A stretch of DNA of 46,961 nt from Octopus bimaculoides (lineage: Eukaryota). Location of the stretch: contig NC_068981.1 of the NCBI RefSeq assembly GCF_001194135.2, positions 86,474,651 through 86,521,611 of the forward strand. The letters run 5' to 3'. The notes under the pieces are model-generated. The model did no database searches and was not told the origin of the DNA. It was given only the letters and a program-made list of their open reading frames with translations. Shown here piece by piece: positions 33,261 through 46,961 of this stretch (position 1 is its first letter; each line of letters starts with the position of its first letter). A program made the translations under genes and the position numbers.

Positions 33261-34149
33261 TATCTCCATGGATTTTCACATTGACACTGTTTGGGAAGTG
33301 GTGACATACTTATTCCAAGTATAAACAAAAGATATAGTTGTTTGATTGTTCAATGTTGTGGAGTTGTGGAATAAAGAACCTTTCTCAAAAGAATAAGTAA
33401 TAGTTGGCCTCAGGAAGGGCATCCAGCTGTAGAATACTGCCTTAAATATGCCTTGTCTAACCCATGTTAGCTTGGAAAAGTTGGGGTAAAAATGATTATA
33501 ATGATTCCTTGCCTAAAGATGTAAATGAACTACAACTGGAAATCGAAACTGGTTTACAGATGCAGGTTGTTTAAAACTTACCTCTTATCCAATGCCATTC
33601 GCATATGTCTAAATACCAGATTTTGAAAGAAAGGGGAAGTTTAAGGGGAGCTAACTAAAGCCAAACTCTTTAATGAATGCTAACCTTGTAAATATGTATG
33701 ACTTTTACCTTATATCATTTACCCCTTTTCAGTCATTGAACTGTGGCCATACTGGGGCATTCCATTGAAGGGTTTAGTCAAACAACTCAACCCCTGTACT
33801 TACTTTTTAAGCCTGGTACTTATTCTATAACTGCTAGGTTATGGGAATGTAACAAACCAATAACCAGTTGACCACATAGTGGTGGAGGATGTGCACAAAC
33901 ACTAAGACACATATAAACACACATATATATATGTAGTGGTGTGTAATTTAGTGGTTGGTGTGTTGCACTCCTGATCACATGGTCATAAGAGTGTAGTTTA
34001 AATTCCAGGACTGGATGATGCGTTGTATTCTTGAGCAAAAATGAGCTGGCAGAAATTAGTAATCCTGCAATGGACCAGCATTATGTCCAGATTGGGAATG
34101 TATATGCCACAGAATCTGGTTATATATACATACACATATGTGATCGATG

Positions 34150-34364
34150 GCAGGCCCGCCTGACTGGCTCCTGTGCTGGTGGCACATATAAAGCACCAAC
34201 TACACTCTCGGAGTGGTTGGCATCAGGAAGGGCATCCAGCTGTAGAGACATTGCCAGACCAGATTGGAGTCTGGTGCAGCCTCCTGGCTTGCCTGTCCCC
34301 AGTCAAACCGTCCAACCCATTCCAGCATGGAAAATGGACGTTAAACAATTGTGATGATGATGAT
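34150..34364 (+). mobile_element. RTE-LINE 3' UTR fragment
   Basis: cctgactggctcctgtgctggtggcac...tacactctcggagtggttggc...gcatggaaaatggacgttaaac...gatgatgatga. Confidence 0.85.
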
Positions 34365-34407
34365 ATACATACACACACACACACACATATGTATACGATT
34401 TGAAGAT

Positions 34408-34700
34408 GCATGGCTCAGTGGTTAGAGCATCGGGCTCACAATCATTAGGTAGTGAGTTCAATTCCCAGACTGGGTTGTGCGTTGTGTTCTTGAGCAAGAC
34501 ACTTTATTTCACATTGCTCCAGTTCACTCAGCTGATGTCAAGCTGTATCAGCCCTTACCTTTCCCTAGGATAACATCAGTGGCATGGAAAGGGGAGGCAT
34601 GGGTGACTGCTGGTCTTCCATAAACAACCTTACCTGGACTTGTGCCTTGGAGGGTAACTTTGTAGGTGCAATTCTATGGTCTTTCATGACCAAAAAGGGT
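34408..34700 (+). mobile_element. SINE family E copy
   Basis: atggctcagtggttagagc (A box)...gagttcaattccc (B box)...ttgagcaagacactttatttcacattgctccagttcactcagctg. Confidence 0.8.
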
Positions 34701-37699
34701 CCATGTATATGGTGTATACATCACAGAACTTGGTCACACACACAAATACACACATACATATGACAGATTTCTTTAGTTTCAGTCTATCAGATCCACTCAA
34801 AAGGGTTTGGCCAGCATGGAGTTATGTAGAAGACATTGGCCCAAAGTGCTGTGCAGTGGAACTGAACCTAAGACAACATACAGCTATACAGATGCATATG
34901 GTCTTGGGTTCAAACAGCCATGTAGCCATACTTATGGATATAAATGTTTCACAAACCATATATCTTTTCATTTTCAATAAATGAAACATCATTAAATGTA
35001 TTTTTTCCAAAATTGTAAATATAATTATGAATATATTTAATACAAAAGTTACACACATGAAAGATTTTAATGAATGAGAAAATTCTTCCCAATATCTGTA
35101 ATTCCAATCATAAATGTTCACTAAACATGATTAAATCATGTTTGTTCAGCAAACATGACTTGAATCTGTGCTCTTGATGTCCACAAATACTTCAGCTACT
35201 TAAGCAAAGCCATTAGACAAGATCTTCTGATAATATCAAAAGGCTTAAATATAAATATATCCTAAATAAAATGACAAATCATTTAGTGAAAAAAAAATCA
35301 ACTACAAATTTTGTTGAAAATAAAATTTATTGGTCAAAACAAATCATCATGGAACCAATACACTTTTGCCAATAAAATACAAGTTTAGTAATGCTGCTTT
35401 AAACAGTTTTCTGATTTCAATAATTGTCTAAAGATATACTAATTCTTAATAGTTAAAAACCTCCTAATTTTGAGTGAAAAATCAACTGAGTAAGAAACAA
35501 ATATTTTCAAATGTTAAGTTATTTAACATCTTGATTAACTTCTGAAATATATTTATCAATGTTTTCACATATGAATTTCCATGTTGTCGTATTATTGGAT
35601 GGGGTTCCATAAATTTTGATTCAGACTGTTTTATATTTTGATATTCTTATTATTACCAACAATTTAGAAATTACAGATACCTTTTTTTTCTACTATTTTG
35701 GAATTATTATCTTAAATTTATAATTGCTCTATTTTTTTTTTAATGGCTGAGTAGCAAAGCCAGAAAATAAGCAAGCATATAATTCTCTGCTGTTCATAGG
35801 ATTTTTAATTTTTAAAAGTGGCTGGTTAAGTTTATTATAGCAATAATTATATCCGTATTAATTAAATGTGCATTACTGTTTAATCCTGTTTAAACTGTTG
35901 AGTTTAATTTTCTTTTAAAATATATAGAGTGGATTTCTGTATAAATTTTCTACTTCTTTTAAGCATATACTTAAAATATTGAAAAAATTAATGAATAACA
36001 TTGCCACCATTTTGTATCTTAGAACCAATCCAAGCATTCAAATAATTATATTCTGCTAATTTTATCATCAGCTTGCCAGATTTTTAGTTCATTTTTTAAC
36101 ATTTTTGCTACTATATTTCTGTTAAAATACATCAGAAATAATGAAGAATATAATAAAATAACTTTGCTATTATTAAGCTGTTGTTTAAAACATATATCAA
36201 CCGGAAATTTTAATAGGACATTTCAATTCAGATCACTTTTAATACAAGAAGTTTATACCACAGAACCAAAGGTGGTCACGGCGTGAGTTGGTATCATGTA
36301 AAACTGTAAGATGCCCCAAATTCTCCGAACAGTTTAGATTAGGTTAGCATTCTAAAGGCTAATTTAAAATTGTTCTTTGATTCCATTCTTCTGATAACAG
36401 CTTAAAAAAGGTAAGCATTTTAATTGTTAGTTTGTTTTTAGATATAATTGAAATGTAAAGGATTAAGGTTATTGACTACAGGTATTGAACATACAGACTT
36501 AAACCCTGCCAACTCTAGAAATAGGTAATATTTTTACTTAACTGTTGGAGTTGTGAAGAAAAATCAAAGACAATTAACTTATTTAATAAAATTAGTAGAA
36601 TCAGGCAAATATCTATAGCATTAAAATGAAAGATGTTCTACATTGTTCTTTTTTTTTAATAGACTGTTTCTTTTTTTATTAGTCTTGCATTTGTTCCAGC
36701 CATTGTAAGGGAGGATCACAAGCTAGTTACAGAACCTCTAAATGTTGCTCACTCTACAAGAGATAGCAGTAAAATATCCCTCAAATTACATCCTACCATC
36801 TTAAAAATGAAAGGACATACTGGATAAGGTAGTCCTAGATACACTATTTCTGAATAAAAAAAATTAAAAAAACCTGTGAAACTGACAGATATGCTTGAAA
36901 TACCTTTGATCGTAAGTTTGCTTGATCATGGCAAATTTAGTGGTAAACAATAAAACAGCAACTACAACAATGAACTAAATAATTTTCTGAAAAAAGATTT
37001 TTTTTAATATTGGCAGCTTGATAAAAATTACACAGTTTTGTCTTTATTTTTTTAAAAAATTATAGGGAGGAAAAAACAGATGTATAGTTTCAAATTTGGA
37101 TCCTTTATTTTCATTGTCAACTTTCATATAAAAAAATTTCGAAGACATTGCCAGCAAAACTTTAAAATAAATGAAAACTGAAAGACATTAAAATTTAATG
37201 TTGAAAAATGTTTTTTTCAAAAGCATAATAGGAACACTTTTAGTCAAAGCTTATATCATTGAATGATAGTTTTTTAATATATAGTTAACGAAGAAGACAA
37301 CCGATATTTATTTTATTTATTCAATCAAGCCTAGCCACATGGTTCACAGAGGAAGCCAATAGTAAAATTATGAAATTAAAGAATGAATAAGTGATTTAGT
37401 AGAATGTTTAATTATGTTATTGTGACCTTTTGCAACCACTCTTCACACAATAAGAACAAAAACAAAAACAAATACAACCTCTCTCACCCTTGAATAAATG
37501 AACAAAAAAGAAATCAAATCTGCCGGCTTGGTTTCTGATTTCATTTTTTTTTCCCTCAAAATCACCAGAACATGTAGCACTTATGAAATTGGATTCGATT
37601 TCTGGAAACACTGACCATGGAAAATGACACAATTTCTCATGGAATTAACACAATCTCTCTCTTTCACTTTTTCCTTCAATATACATACATTTATCATCA

Positions 37700-37835
37700 C
37701 CAATGATATTTATATATATATATGCATATACATATATATATATATGCATAAATGCATGTATATATATATGTGTGTGTGTAATACATATATACATGCATAT
37801 ATGTAAATTTATGCATATGTATGTATGTATGTATG

Positions 37836-37877
<42 letters not shown>

Positions 37878-38520
37878 TATATACATACATATATACATAT
37901 ATNNNNNNNNNNNNNNNNNNNNNNNNNNNNNNNNNNNNNNNNNNNNNNNNNNNNNNNNNNNNNNNNNNNNNNNNNNNNNNNNNNNNNNNNNNNNNNNNNN
38001 NNNNNNNNNNNNNNNNNNNNNNNNNNNNNNNNNNNNNNNNNNNNNNNNNNNNNNNNNNNNNNNNNNNNNNNNNNNNNNNNNNNNNNNNNNNNNNNNNNNN
38101 NNNNNNNNNNNNNNNNNNNNNNNNNNNNNNNNNNNNNNNNNNNNNNNNNNNNNNNNNNNNNNNNNNNNNNNNNNNNNNNNNNNNNNNNNNNNNNNNNNNN
38201 NNNNNNNNNNNNNNNNNNNNNNNNNNNNNNNNNNNNNNNNNNNNNNNNNNNNNNNNNNNNNNNNNNNNNNNNNNNNNNNNNNNNNNNNNNNNNNNNNNNN
38301 NNNNNNNNNNNNNNNNNNNNNNNNNNNNNNNNNNNNNNNNNNNNNNNNNNNNNNNNNNNNNNNNNNNNNNNNNNNNNNNNNNNNNNNNNNNNNNNNNNNN
38401 NNNNNNNNNNNNNNNNNNNNNNNNNNNNNNNNNNNNNNNNNNNNNNNNNNNNNNNNNNNNNNNNNNNNNNNNNNNNNNNNNNTATATATATATATATATA
38501 TATATTTACATGTATGTATA
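37700..38520. repeat. (TA)/(TATG)-rich compound microsatellite spanning an assembly gap (37903-38482)
   Basis: Direct reading; this tract is the source of the YI/YV-repeat ORFs. Confidence 0.9.
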
Positions 38521-39067
38521 TATAATACAATATTCACTCAGAGAAACAAAATTATTACTACATTACTTGTTCCTTGAGCAAGTAGAACATGCTTCAGATG
38601 GCTGAGTTGATAGGATGTGTTGGGGACTGGTGACCTAAAGGTCTACAGTTTGTATCCTATCGTTGGTGCTGGTTGTGTAATAACCAAAACAATACTCAAA
38701 TAGCTAGTCTATCCAGTTGATAGCCTGAATAGACTTCATGGGAAGACTGTAAGGATCAAGAACACTGCATAATTGATGAGTGTTTTGCTATTTTGCAATG
38801 CTAGGTTCAAATCCTACCTAGATTGTCTGCAGGAGAAGATAGAATTTCATGAAGGTGACACATTCATGCTATGCAGTGTATAATGAGATTCCTTAAGTTC
38901 TTCCTAACAGTTTTTTCCACAAAATTAAAAGAAACTATAGGTTCATCTAAATTTTAAAAGATTTAATATTCATATCTATTCTACAATAAAAGTAATTATA
39001 TAATGTTATCAAAGGTTTTGGTTCATTTGTCAATTGTCTGAGTGGATATTACATATAGTTGTTTTAC

Positions 39068-39117
<50 letters not shown>
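39068..39117. repeat. (AAT)n microsatellite
   Basis: Direct reading of the sequence. Confidence 0.95.
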
Positions 39118-39120
<3 letters not shown>

Positions 39121-41569
39121 TAATGTCAATGTTTTGCAGTGATCAGTGAATCATGGATTATGTAAAAGGTAGGAATTACAAATGTGTGACAGAACCTTAA
39201 ATGCAAATTTAGACTGTTTAAATCAATAGCAAAATGTTCAATATGATAATGAAACATGTTTAAAAAGAAGTATCATATTATTAACAGTGCAATGAGGATT
39301 AACAACAATAATTATGTTTTAAACAGTAACAATGATACCCCAGATAAAAAATATTTTGAAAGATTTCAAAATAAATAATTTGAGTTTCATATAACCCCCT
39401 TGCCAAATATTTGCATTATTTTAGTATTTCCCACATTATTAATAATATATTTATATATAAAATGATTCCAGCAGTCATAGAATTTAACATTCTAATCTCA
39501 CTGAATTTAGGATACATTTTTGCTTTAGATAGAGGCCAGATACTATTTTCCCAACCCTCAATTGTAAATTATGTTTGATATGGATTTCAGTAACTGCACC
39601 AATGTGAATTAAGAAATCTCCCTGATATAAGTGATTGTGTAGAAAAATACCCATAATTATTTTATGAAAAAAAAAGGAAAATAAAAAAAAGAAGGATTAG
39701 ATATTCATACAGTTGATATTAAAGGGAAATAAAAATATCTAAACAGTAAGGAAATAATTCAAGGTATGGAAACAAACTATGTTGTGATGTAAGCAATTAG
39801 ACAATGAAAGAAACATAAAAATGTATTTGCACGCACAGTAGTTTATGAAAAGTTATCCTTAATTTTTATAAACTTTAGTTTAAGTGGTGATGTTATCCAG
39901 ACAGAAAGATATATTGTTCCAAATAAGGGAAAATAAGTACTTAGAAGTTGTTAATATTAACTACTTACAGGCAGGGAATGTTAATATTTAATGTTAATAA
40001 AATACAAATAAAGTCTTATAATTTATGGCCTTATTTCAATATAAGCTTTATAAATTATCTATGTGAAATCCTAGAAAGATCAGGAATTTCTAATATAACC
40101 ATAAATGCGTGCTTGTCTCCTGTTTCTATAATTAATCAATTTACAAGCACTCTTTAAACAAATGGTATTCTATGGAAACAGCATTGACTAAATTTCTGGT
40201 CCTCAACAGGAGACAATTTCCTTGAATAGTTTCCAACAAAAATGCATGTCTAAACAATGTTACAAACATGCATTTCATTTAAAGTGTTCAAGGCAAGAAT
40301 ACTTTGAAAGCTTGGCAAGTATAATTATGGCATTGCTCTGAACAAAAAACAAAAATATAAAAAAAAAGACTCGATTGAAATTAACAAGGTTTTTGGGAAT
40401 CGATATTGAAGGTGAAAGCGATAGACATGCCATTAGATTAATGGTAAACCATTTGGAATTTGGGTAACAGTCAGATGAAGTAAGGAAACTGTTATTTAGA
40501 CTAAACAAAGATTTTATCTGCAGATGATTGAGTGCAAAATTCTCTTAAGAAAATGAACTTTCAATTGAATAGCTGCAAAGGGATACAAACAAAATTTTGC
40601 CATATAGGAGATAAAAAATTATTAAGGAAAGGAAGATAATATGAAATCTAAGTACTTTTTATTTTTCTTGCCTTATGCTGTTTGATGCGTTACAGTTTAT
40701 TGTTTATTAAATAGTATTTGAAATACTTAATAAAGTGTTGCCTATGAGTAATAACATTCATTTTTGTAAAGAAATAGGTCAATAATTATGGTAGCTATTT
40801 CATTGATATTTGGCATGAAGTACAGGAATTGTTGGCATGCTTCAAAAGTAGTAGAAGCATGAAAAATAAACTAAAATCTCTTAAGAGAATTCAAATAAGA
40901 ATTTTTTTATATTTCAAAGGAATTTATTTTGTATGAAAGACTATGAATTTTTAGATGTGAAATTTTTTTCTATAGTTTATATATTGTGCCTGTAAATTGT
41001 AAGGTAAAGCAATTATAAATAGACCAGAAGAGAAAGAAATTAAACTGTATATAAAATTAAGGTATTGACAACTAAATCATATTATATGCATCTGACTACA
41101 TACATACAAACATACATACATACATACATATGCATGTATATAGGTATATGTATGTATGTTTGTATGTATGTATGTTTGTATGTATGTATGTATGTTTATC
41201 AATTTGTGTTGCAAGATTCCTGATATGAAACTGTGTGTTGAAACAGATATTATTGTATTTTGGGATGGGCATTTTTTATGCCAAATAAACGCATGCACTT
41301 TATATATTTGTTCGTCATTTGTTTATTACTGTTCTTATTTTTTCTTTATTTCAATGCATGTCTATAGAAGAACAGAATGAAGTAAGTGGAGCAAGAGCAC
41401 ACATGAAAATGAAAAGTGTCGATGGTGAGGTCACAGATGTGTGACAAAAGATTTCTGAACAATGGACATGAGCTACAAAAAAAAAAAATAAGAAGAGTAA
41501 TAAATGAGTGGAGAACAAATATAAAGTGTGCATGGTTATTTAGCAAAAACAAAATGACCATCCCAAAAT

Positions 41570-41630
41570 ACAATAATATATATATGTATACATACATATA
41601 TATATATATATACTTACATATAAGAAACCA

Positions 41631-41696
<66 letters not shown>

Positions 41697-42023
41697 TATA
41701 TATATATACATATATATACACACATATATATACACATATATACACACACATATATATATATATATGTATGTATATATATATTAATGTATATATATATATA
41801 TCAATGTATATATATATATATTAATGTATATATATATGTATATAATATGTATATATATATTAATGTATATATATATATGTATATAATATATATATATGTA
41901 TATAATATATATATGTATATATATGAGTATATATGTATATATATGTGTATGTATATATGTGTATATAATATATATGTATATATATATATGTATATATATA
42001 TGTATATATATATGTATATATAT

Positions 42024-42088
<65 letters not shown>

Positions 42089-42400
42089 NNNNNNNNNNNN
42101 NNNNNNNNNNNNNNNNNNNNNNNNNNNNNNNNNNNNNNNNNNNNNNNNNNNNNNNNNNNNNNNNNNNNNNNNNNNNNNNNNNNNNNNNNNNNNNNNNNNN
42201 NNNNNNNNNNNNNNNNNNNNNNNNNNNNNNNNNNNNNNNNNNNNNNNNNNNNNNNNNNNNNNNNNNNNNNNNNNNNNNNNNNNNNNNNNNNNNNNNNNAT
42301 ATATAATATATATAAAAATATATATATATATATAATATATATATAATACATAACACGTGTATAATATATATGTATATAATATGTGATTTATATATATATA
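41570..42400. repeat. Long (TA)n-based compound microsatellite spanning an assembly gap (42089-42298)
   Basis: Direct reading of the sequence. Confidence 0.9.
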
Positions 42401-42639
42401 TCATTATCATCTTCATCGTTGTTTTAACATCCACTTTGCATACTTGCATGGGTCAATAAATTTCATCTAGCCTCATGAACGCTTGGAAATGTCTACATTA
42501 AAACAATGATGATAATGATTGATATATATATTTTATATGTATGTATGTATGTATGTGTGTATGCATGTATGTATGTATGTTTGTATGTATGTATTTATAT
42601 ATGTATGTATGTATTTATATACATACATACACATATATT

Positions 42640-42810
42640 CTCTTATTCTTTTACTTGTTTCAGTCATTTGACTGTGGCCAGGACTTATTCTTTGTAGCCC
42701 TAGCACTTTTTCTATCAGTGCCTTTTGCTGAACTGCTAGTTACGGGGTCGCAAACACACCAACATTGGTTGTCAAGCAATTGTGGGGTAACAAACACAGA
42801 CACACAAGTA

Positions 42811-42887
<77 letters not shown>

Positions 42888-43047
42888 GAAGGGCTTCTTT
42901 TAGTTTCTGTCTACCAAATCCACTCACAAGGCTTTGGTTGGCTCAAGGCTATAATAAAAGACACTTGCCCAAGGTGCCAAGCAGTGGGACTAGCCCAGAA
43001 CCGAGTGGTTGGGAAGGAAGTTTCTTACCATACAGCCATGCCTGCAC
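42640..43047 (-). mobile_element. SINE family D with internal (TA)n expansion
   Basis: The reverse complement starts gcaggcatggctgtatggtaagaaacttcc...ccactgcttggcaccttgggcaagtgtc and ends in the tail type seen at 6250-6420. Confidence 0.75.
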
Positions 43048-43054
43048 CTATTAA

Positions 43055-43088
<34 letters not shown>

Positions 43089-43549
43089 ATTTGTTTTGGA
43101 ATGTGCATATATGTGCAGAAATGGTCTGCTGTAGAGATCAACCATAAAGTGTGGAGTAAAAGGAATTTAGGACAAGCAAACAGAAAAGCTGCTGCAATAC
43201 TGAAAACATCAGGTTGTGACATTAGTAAATTACTGAGCGAATCACATTGTGCATGAAAGTGTTATCCTTGATCAGGGGCAGCTATCATAAGGTTACAGAT
43301 GAAATTGAAATGAAAAAGGAGAAATTATAAGTTTACTAAATAATGAAGATGGAAAAAAATGGTATAAAACAAAAGGATAGAATCAGTTTGTAGAGAATTC
43401 CATTAGGTTAGAAGTTAACCAACAGAAACTCAAGTGCTAATGAGGCAACTGCTGCTAAGGTTCTTGCATAAAATGAACTAGATTTTAGCAAGATCCTCTG
43501 CTCTTTCATAGTAGAAAACTAGTAAGATGAATATCTAATGATATCTATG

Positions 43550-45100
43550 ATGAATAGCTCATGTCATATCAGATGACAGGCGCCATGTATCAGAAGTGAA
43601 ATATAGGGTAGAATTTGGCAGTGAACTTAGTAAGGAATTTCATGTACAAATGCGTTTTCAAAAAGACTCTGCTTTTACTTGCAATTTTTTTTCCCGTCAT
43701 TCTAGTCCTTAAGTTCATCACAAACAACTGTATAATAATGCACACTTCAGTGTACTAGTTTTTTGCCTTTCACAGTAGAATTAGAACTGTGAAAAGAGTT
43801 TGAACTGTAAAAATGTGGTTTTGAGACTAAAGTCTAGTTGGTGAACATGTCTAAGGCAGATGCTAATAAGTAGCAGATACCACAAAATGGTACTACTTTG
43901 TATGAAGGCAAAATGTAGGCAGGAATTTGATATTTTTGAATTGGTACTAATGATATGTGCACAAACATTATTGCAAAATTTCAGGAAGACAAATAGCAAA
44001 GCAAAAACACAATGTGTACCAAATAAATTAGATTAGTTGATAGCATAAGCCATAGGCCAGAGACCATGGAATGCTCAGAGTAACAGCAAATTTAATCTGT
44101 TAATTTGTTGACATACTTAATGTTGGAAACAAAGCTAGAGACAGTACAACAATGAGAGGGTAAGTAGATGGCACAAGGTTTCATGGATTGCTACCCTTTC
44201 TAGCAAAAGGTATTGCCTCTTTAGAAAAGGCAGTTATGTGCAAGAAATTTAATACTGTATGGTAGTAAATGGGGGAAGTTAATGTAAAGGACTGCAGCAA
44301 TAGGAAAATAACTGAGTATAGTTCATTACATATGAAATGTAACCAACTGAAAAGTATTCTGTGGAATTAGGACAAGACAGATCGTTATATGGGCAAATGA
44401 AATGGGATGACCTTTCCTAGATGAAGCTTGCAATATATATTAGGAGAATAACTAAAATTTGTGACATATGCTTATATTAAATCTGAGAACATTGGACAAG
44501 GTTGCTGCATTGCAGGTACAGTACATTTTTCAGCTTGGAAAAATCAGCATTGAAATTTTAATGTGATGTTAACAGTAAAAAGGAAATAAAGATAAATGAA
44601 ACATAAATCTAGGTGTGTATGTGTGTGTGTACACATATATATATATGAATGTGCATATACATATATGTGTGTGAATATCTATATCAATACACATATAAAT
44701 ACTCACACACAAAAATATATGCATATATATGGTAGTGAGACCTGGGCTCTGAATGCAGAAAATTTTTGGAGGCTAGAAAGAAATTAGGTGAGCCTGCTTT
44801 GATGGATACATAATGTCAGTGTATATGAATGACAACAGTGCGGATGACCTGAACAAAATACTTTTTACAAGGGGAGTCAAACGTGGCCTGCAAGAAAATC
44901 AACTGTGATGGTATGGACATGTGATACATATGGACAGTGACACCTGCATAGAAAAATGCTCAGTGTTTGAAGTTGTTGTGACCTGTAGAAGAGAAAGGAA
45001 GACATAGGACAAGTTGAAAACTGATCTGAATATGCTGAAGCTTGCATATGAAAAGACAAGTGACTGCAGCAATTGACAACATATTGTAGTGGAGAACAAA
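43550..45100 (+). mobile_element. Ancient, fragmented RTE-clade LINE (RT to C-terminus)
   Basis: RVEFGSELSKEFHVQMRFQKDSAF (~43605), ELEL*KEFEL*KCGFETKV*LVNMSK (~43780) and YGSETWALNAENFWRLERN (44725-44787) occur in the expected RTE order; interrupted by other sequence. Confidence 0.55.
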
Positions 45101-46212
45101 AAAACTCACTGTTTCAGGTAAACATGGCAGAGAGAATGTTAACAGAGGGAGTGGCAGTGGTGCTCTTGATTCATTAATGTGTTGTTCCCTCCCTCCTTTC
45201 CTTTCTCTTGGGATGCTTTTGCTGTGTTAACCTTCAGCTCTCTCCCCACCTCTGCAGTTCCCTCCAGCTCATTTCTTTCATTACCATTGCTGCATTCACA
45301 CTCTGGTTCTCTCATTTGCTTACTGTTTCTCTCTTCACAGTTTCATCTCTACCTCTCAACCTCCCTCTCTCTTACCATCTCAACTTTCATCACCCCCTCT
45401 CTCTCCGCATTCCTCTCCTCTCTTAAATTGTAATGACTCTCTCCCCTCAGCCTCTCCAGATCCTCATCACACTTATCTCTTTCTCTATCTCATGCTCTCT
45501 CTTCTTGTTCCGCCCTTATTTACCTGATCAAAGAGCAGTGAACCCCCTACACTCCCCACCCCATTACTACTCTACCCACCCTTCTACTTTCTCTCTCTCT
45601 CTCTCTCTTTTCCTGCTAATCCATGACTTTCCCCACTTCCTACCCCTTATCTCTTCCCAGATATAGTCTTAAGTCTGACTGAGGTACATAAAAGTGCAGA
45701 GTAAATATTTTCCTGCTGTCAGTAAAGACTGCAGCTTACTCATGTCATTCATGAAACCTCACTTGTAAACCGACACCATTGCATCAGTTACTACCTATAT
45801 AATAACTGTTATCACTAATTTACTCATGCTTCTCAGATTGATGACTAATTGACTGACTGGTACCAACATGTGTTTCTGACCATGTACAGTACCAAATGCA
45901 AGGAACTGGTGTTGCTGATTATACCATACTGCAGATTTCCCCACAACATGACACAAACAACTGGTCCACGACACATGGGCCTAAAAATAACAAAAAAAAT
46001 ATATAAAAACAACAGATGTTGCTTTGATAGTGTAAACAACTGTGTGACCTGAACTGATCAATGGAGACCTAAATATCTAGAAGCTATTTTGAATTTCTTT
46101 TAAATTCTCTCCTCTCTGACTCAGAACATCTGAGACGGGTATGTCTTTGGACAATGTTGAGTTAATTCATTCTGTTAAGAAAATGAACACACACACACAC
46201 ACACATTCATAA

Positions 46213-46279
<67 letters not shown>

Positions 46280-46463
46280 CTTTTAATTTGTTTAGGGCAA
46301 ATGCATTGAGAGGCATTTATAAAAGCTCCTATGCTTCTTGTTGTCAGCTATTGCCTGTTATTCCCGTCTTCCAGAGTAAGCCTGTGGTATGGTTACATAT
46401 GTGAAACTCCTTACAACTTAGGATAGATATAGTAAAAACAAAAATGACTTGGGAATGGAAATT

Positions 46464-46617
46464 TTTCTGCATACCATATGCGCATTTGTGAGGATATTCT
46501 CACATCCATGAAGCATACCCATCAAATAAAGGCATGCTCAAGATATTATAAATGATATTTAATGATATCCTATGAATGTGAGAATATCCTCACAAATGAA
46601 CATGTCATACGCAGAAA
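46464..46617. repeat. Inverted repeat / foldback with 42-bp arms and a 70-bp spacer
   Basis: 46483-46505 (CATTTGTGAGGATATTCTCACAT) is the exact reverse complement of 46576-46598. The arms extend to 42 bp with 6 mismatches. Confidence 0.9.
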
Positions 46618-46961
46618 TGTATGTCACAATACATTAATAAAGTATAAAAATGCCCATCCACAAGTCATTTTTACTACTACTACTACTACTACTACTACTA
46701 TACACACAAATGTATATGTGTAGCATGATATTTGTAAACAAAAGACTCATTCATAGGTTGTTGCTGATTTCTAATTCCTTCCATAAATATGTCAGGTATG
46801 TTTGTGTTTAACAGACAAGGAGATTATTACCTTGCTTGAAAACAGGTGAGGGTTGTGACAGGAAGGGCATCAAGCTATGGAAAACCTCCAGTGTACTCTC
46901 ATCAGATCTGTATATGAATATATATATGTGTGTATGTATATATATATATATATATATATAT

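Noticed and set aside
37645-38605. Long ORFs of 200-300 aa (also 9386-9902, 15624-16118, 41346-42449)
   Set aside because: They are translations of (TA)/(TATG)/(CATA) microsatellites and N-gaps (YI/YV/X runs).
38560-38680. Minus-strand APTIGYKL resembling the ARF/ARL 'PTIGF' motif
   Set aside because: It is followed immediately by a stop, and no other GTPase motifs are nearby; probably chance.
40160-40520. Coding-like stretch (KWYSMETALTKFL; FLGIDIEGESDRH) suggesting an hAT transposase or a DEDD exonuclease exon
   Set aside because: In-frame stops, no polypyrimidine acceptor and only short motif resemblance; it cannot be supported without a search.
46486-46503. TGTGA...TCACA as a bacterial CRP site or contamination
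   Set aside because: The spacing is 8 nt rather than 6, and the context is eukaryotic repeat-rich DNA.

Overview
AT-rich, microsatellite-dense eukaryotic genomic DNA with six N-gaps. The repeat content (tRNA-headed SINEs, RTE LINE tails ending in (GAT)n) suggests an octopus or other coleoid cephalopod, which is an inference. The only host gene I can support is the 3' half of NOM1 (nucleolar MIF4G/MA3-domain protein, Sgd1 orthologue) on the + strand. Its six coding exons (883-1116, 4131-4250, 11935-12059, 12846-13010, 14784-14915, 18850-19125) splice in frame through canonical GT-AG introns to a TAG stop, followed by an AATAAA signal. The introns and the ~28 kb downstream contain mostly decayed mobile DNA: several RTE LINE fragments, CR1/Jockey-like pieces, a CRE-type restriction-like endonuclease remnant, a Penelope-type GIY-YIG remnant, a truncated Ty3/Gypsy element, an internally deleted mariner, hAT, Tc2/pogo-like and piggyBac-like MITEs, and at least four modular SINE families. 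I found no convincing new multi-gene system. The best observations are a well-preserved gag-pol -1 frameshift signal (G GGA AAC plus hairpin) in the Gypsy relic, SINE/LINE tail sharing and nesting, a minisatellite built from a Pol III A-box-like unit, a 154-bp foldback, and a possible promoter/first exon near 36.2-36.4 kb. Most long ORFs in the supplied track are microsatellite or N-gap artefacts.
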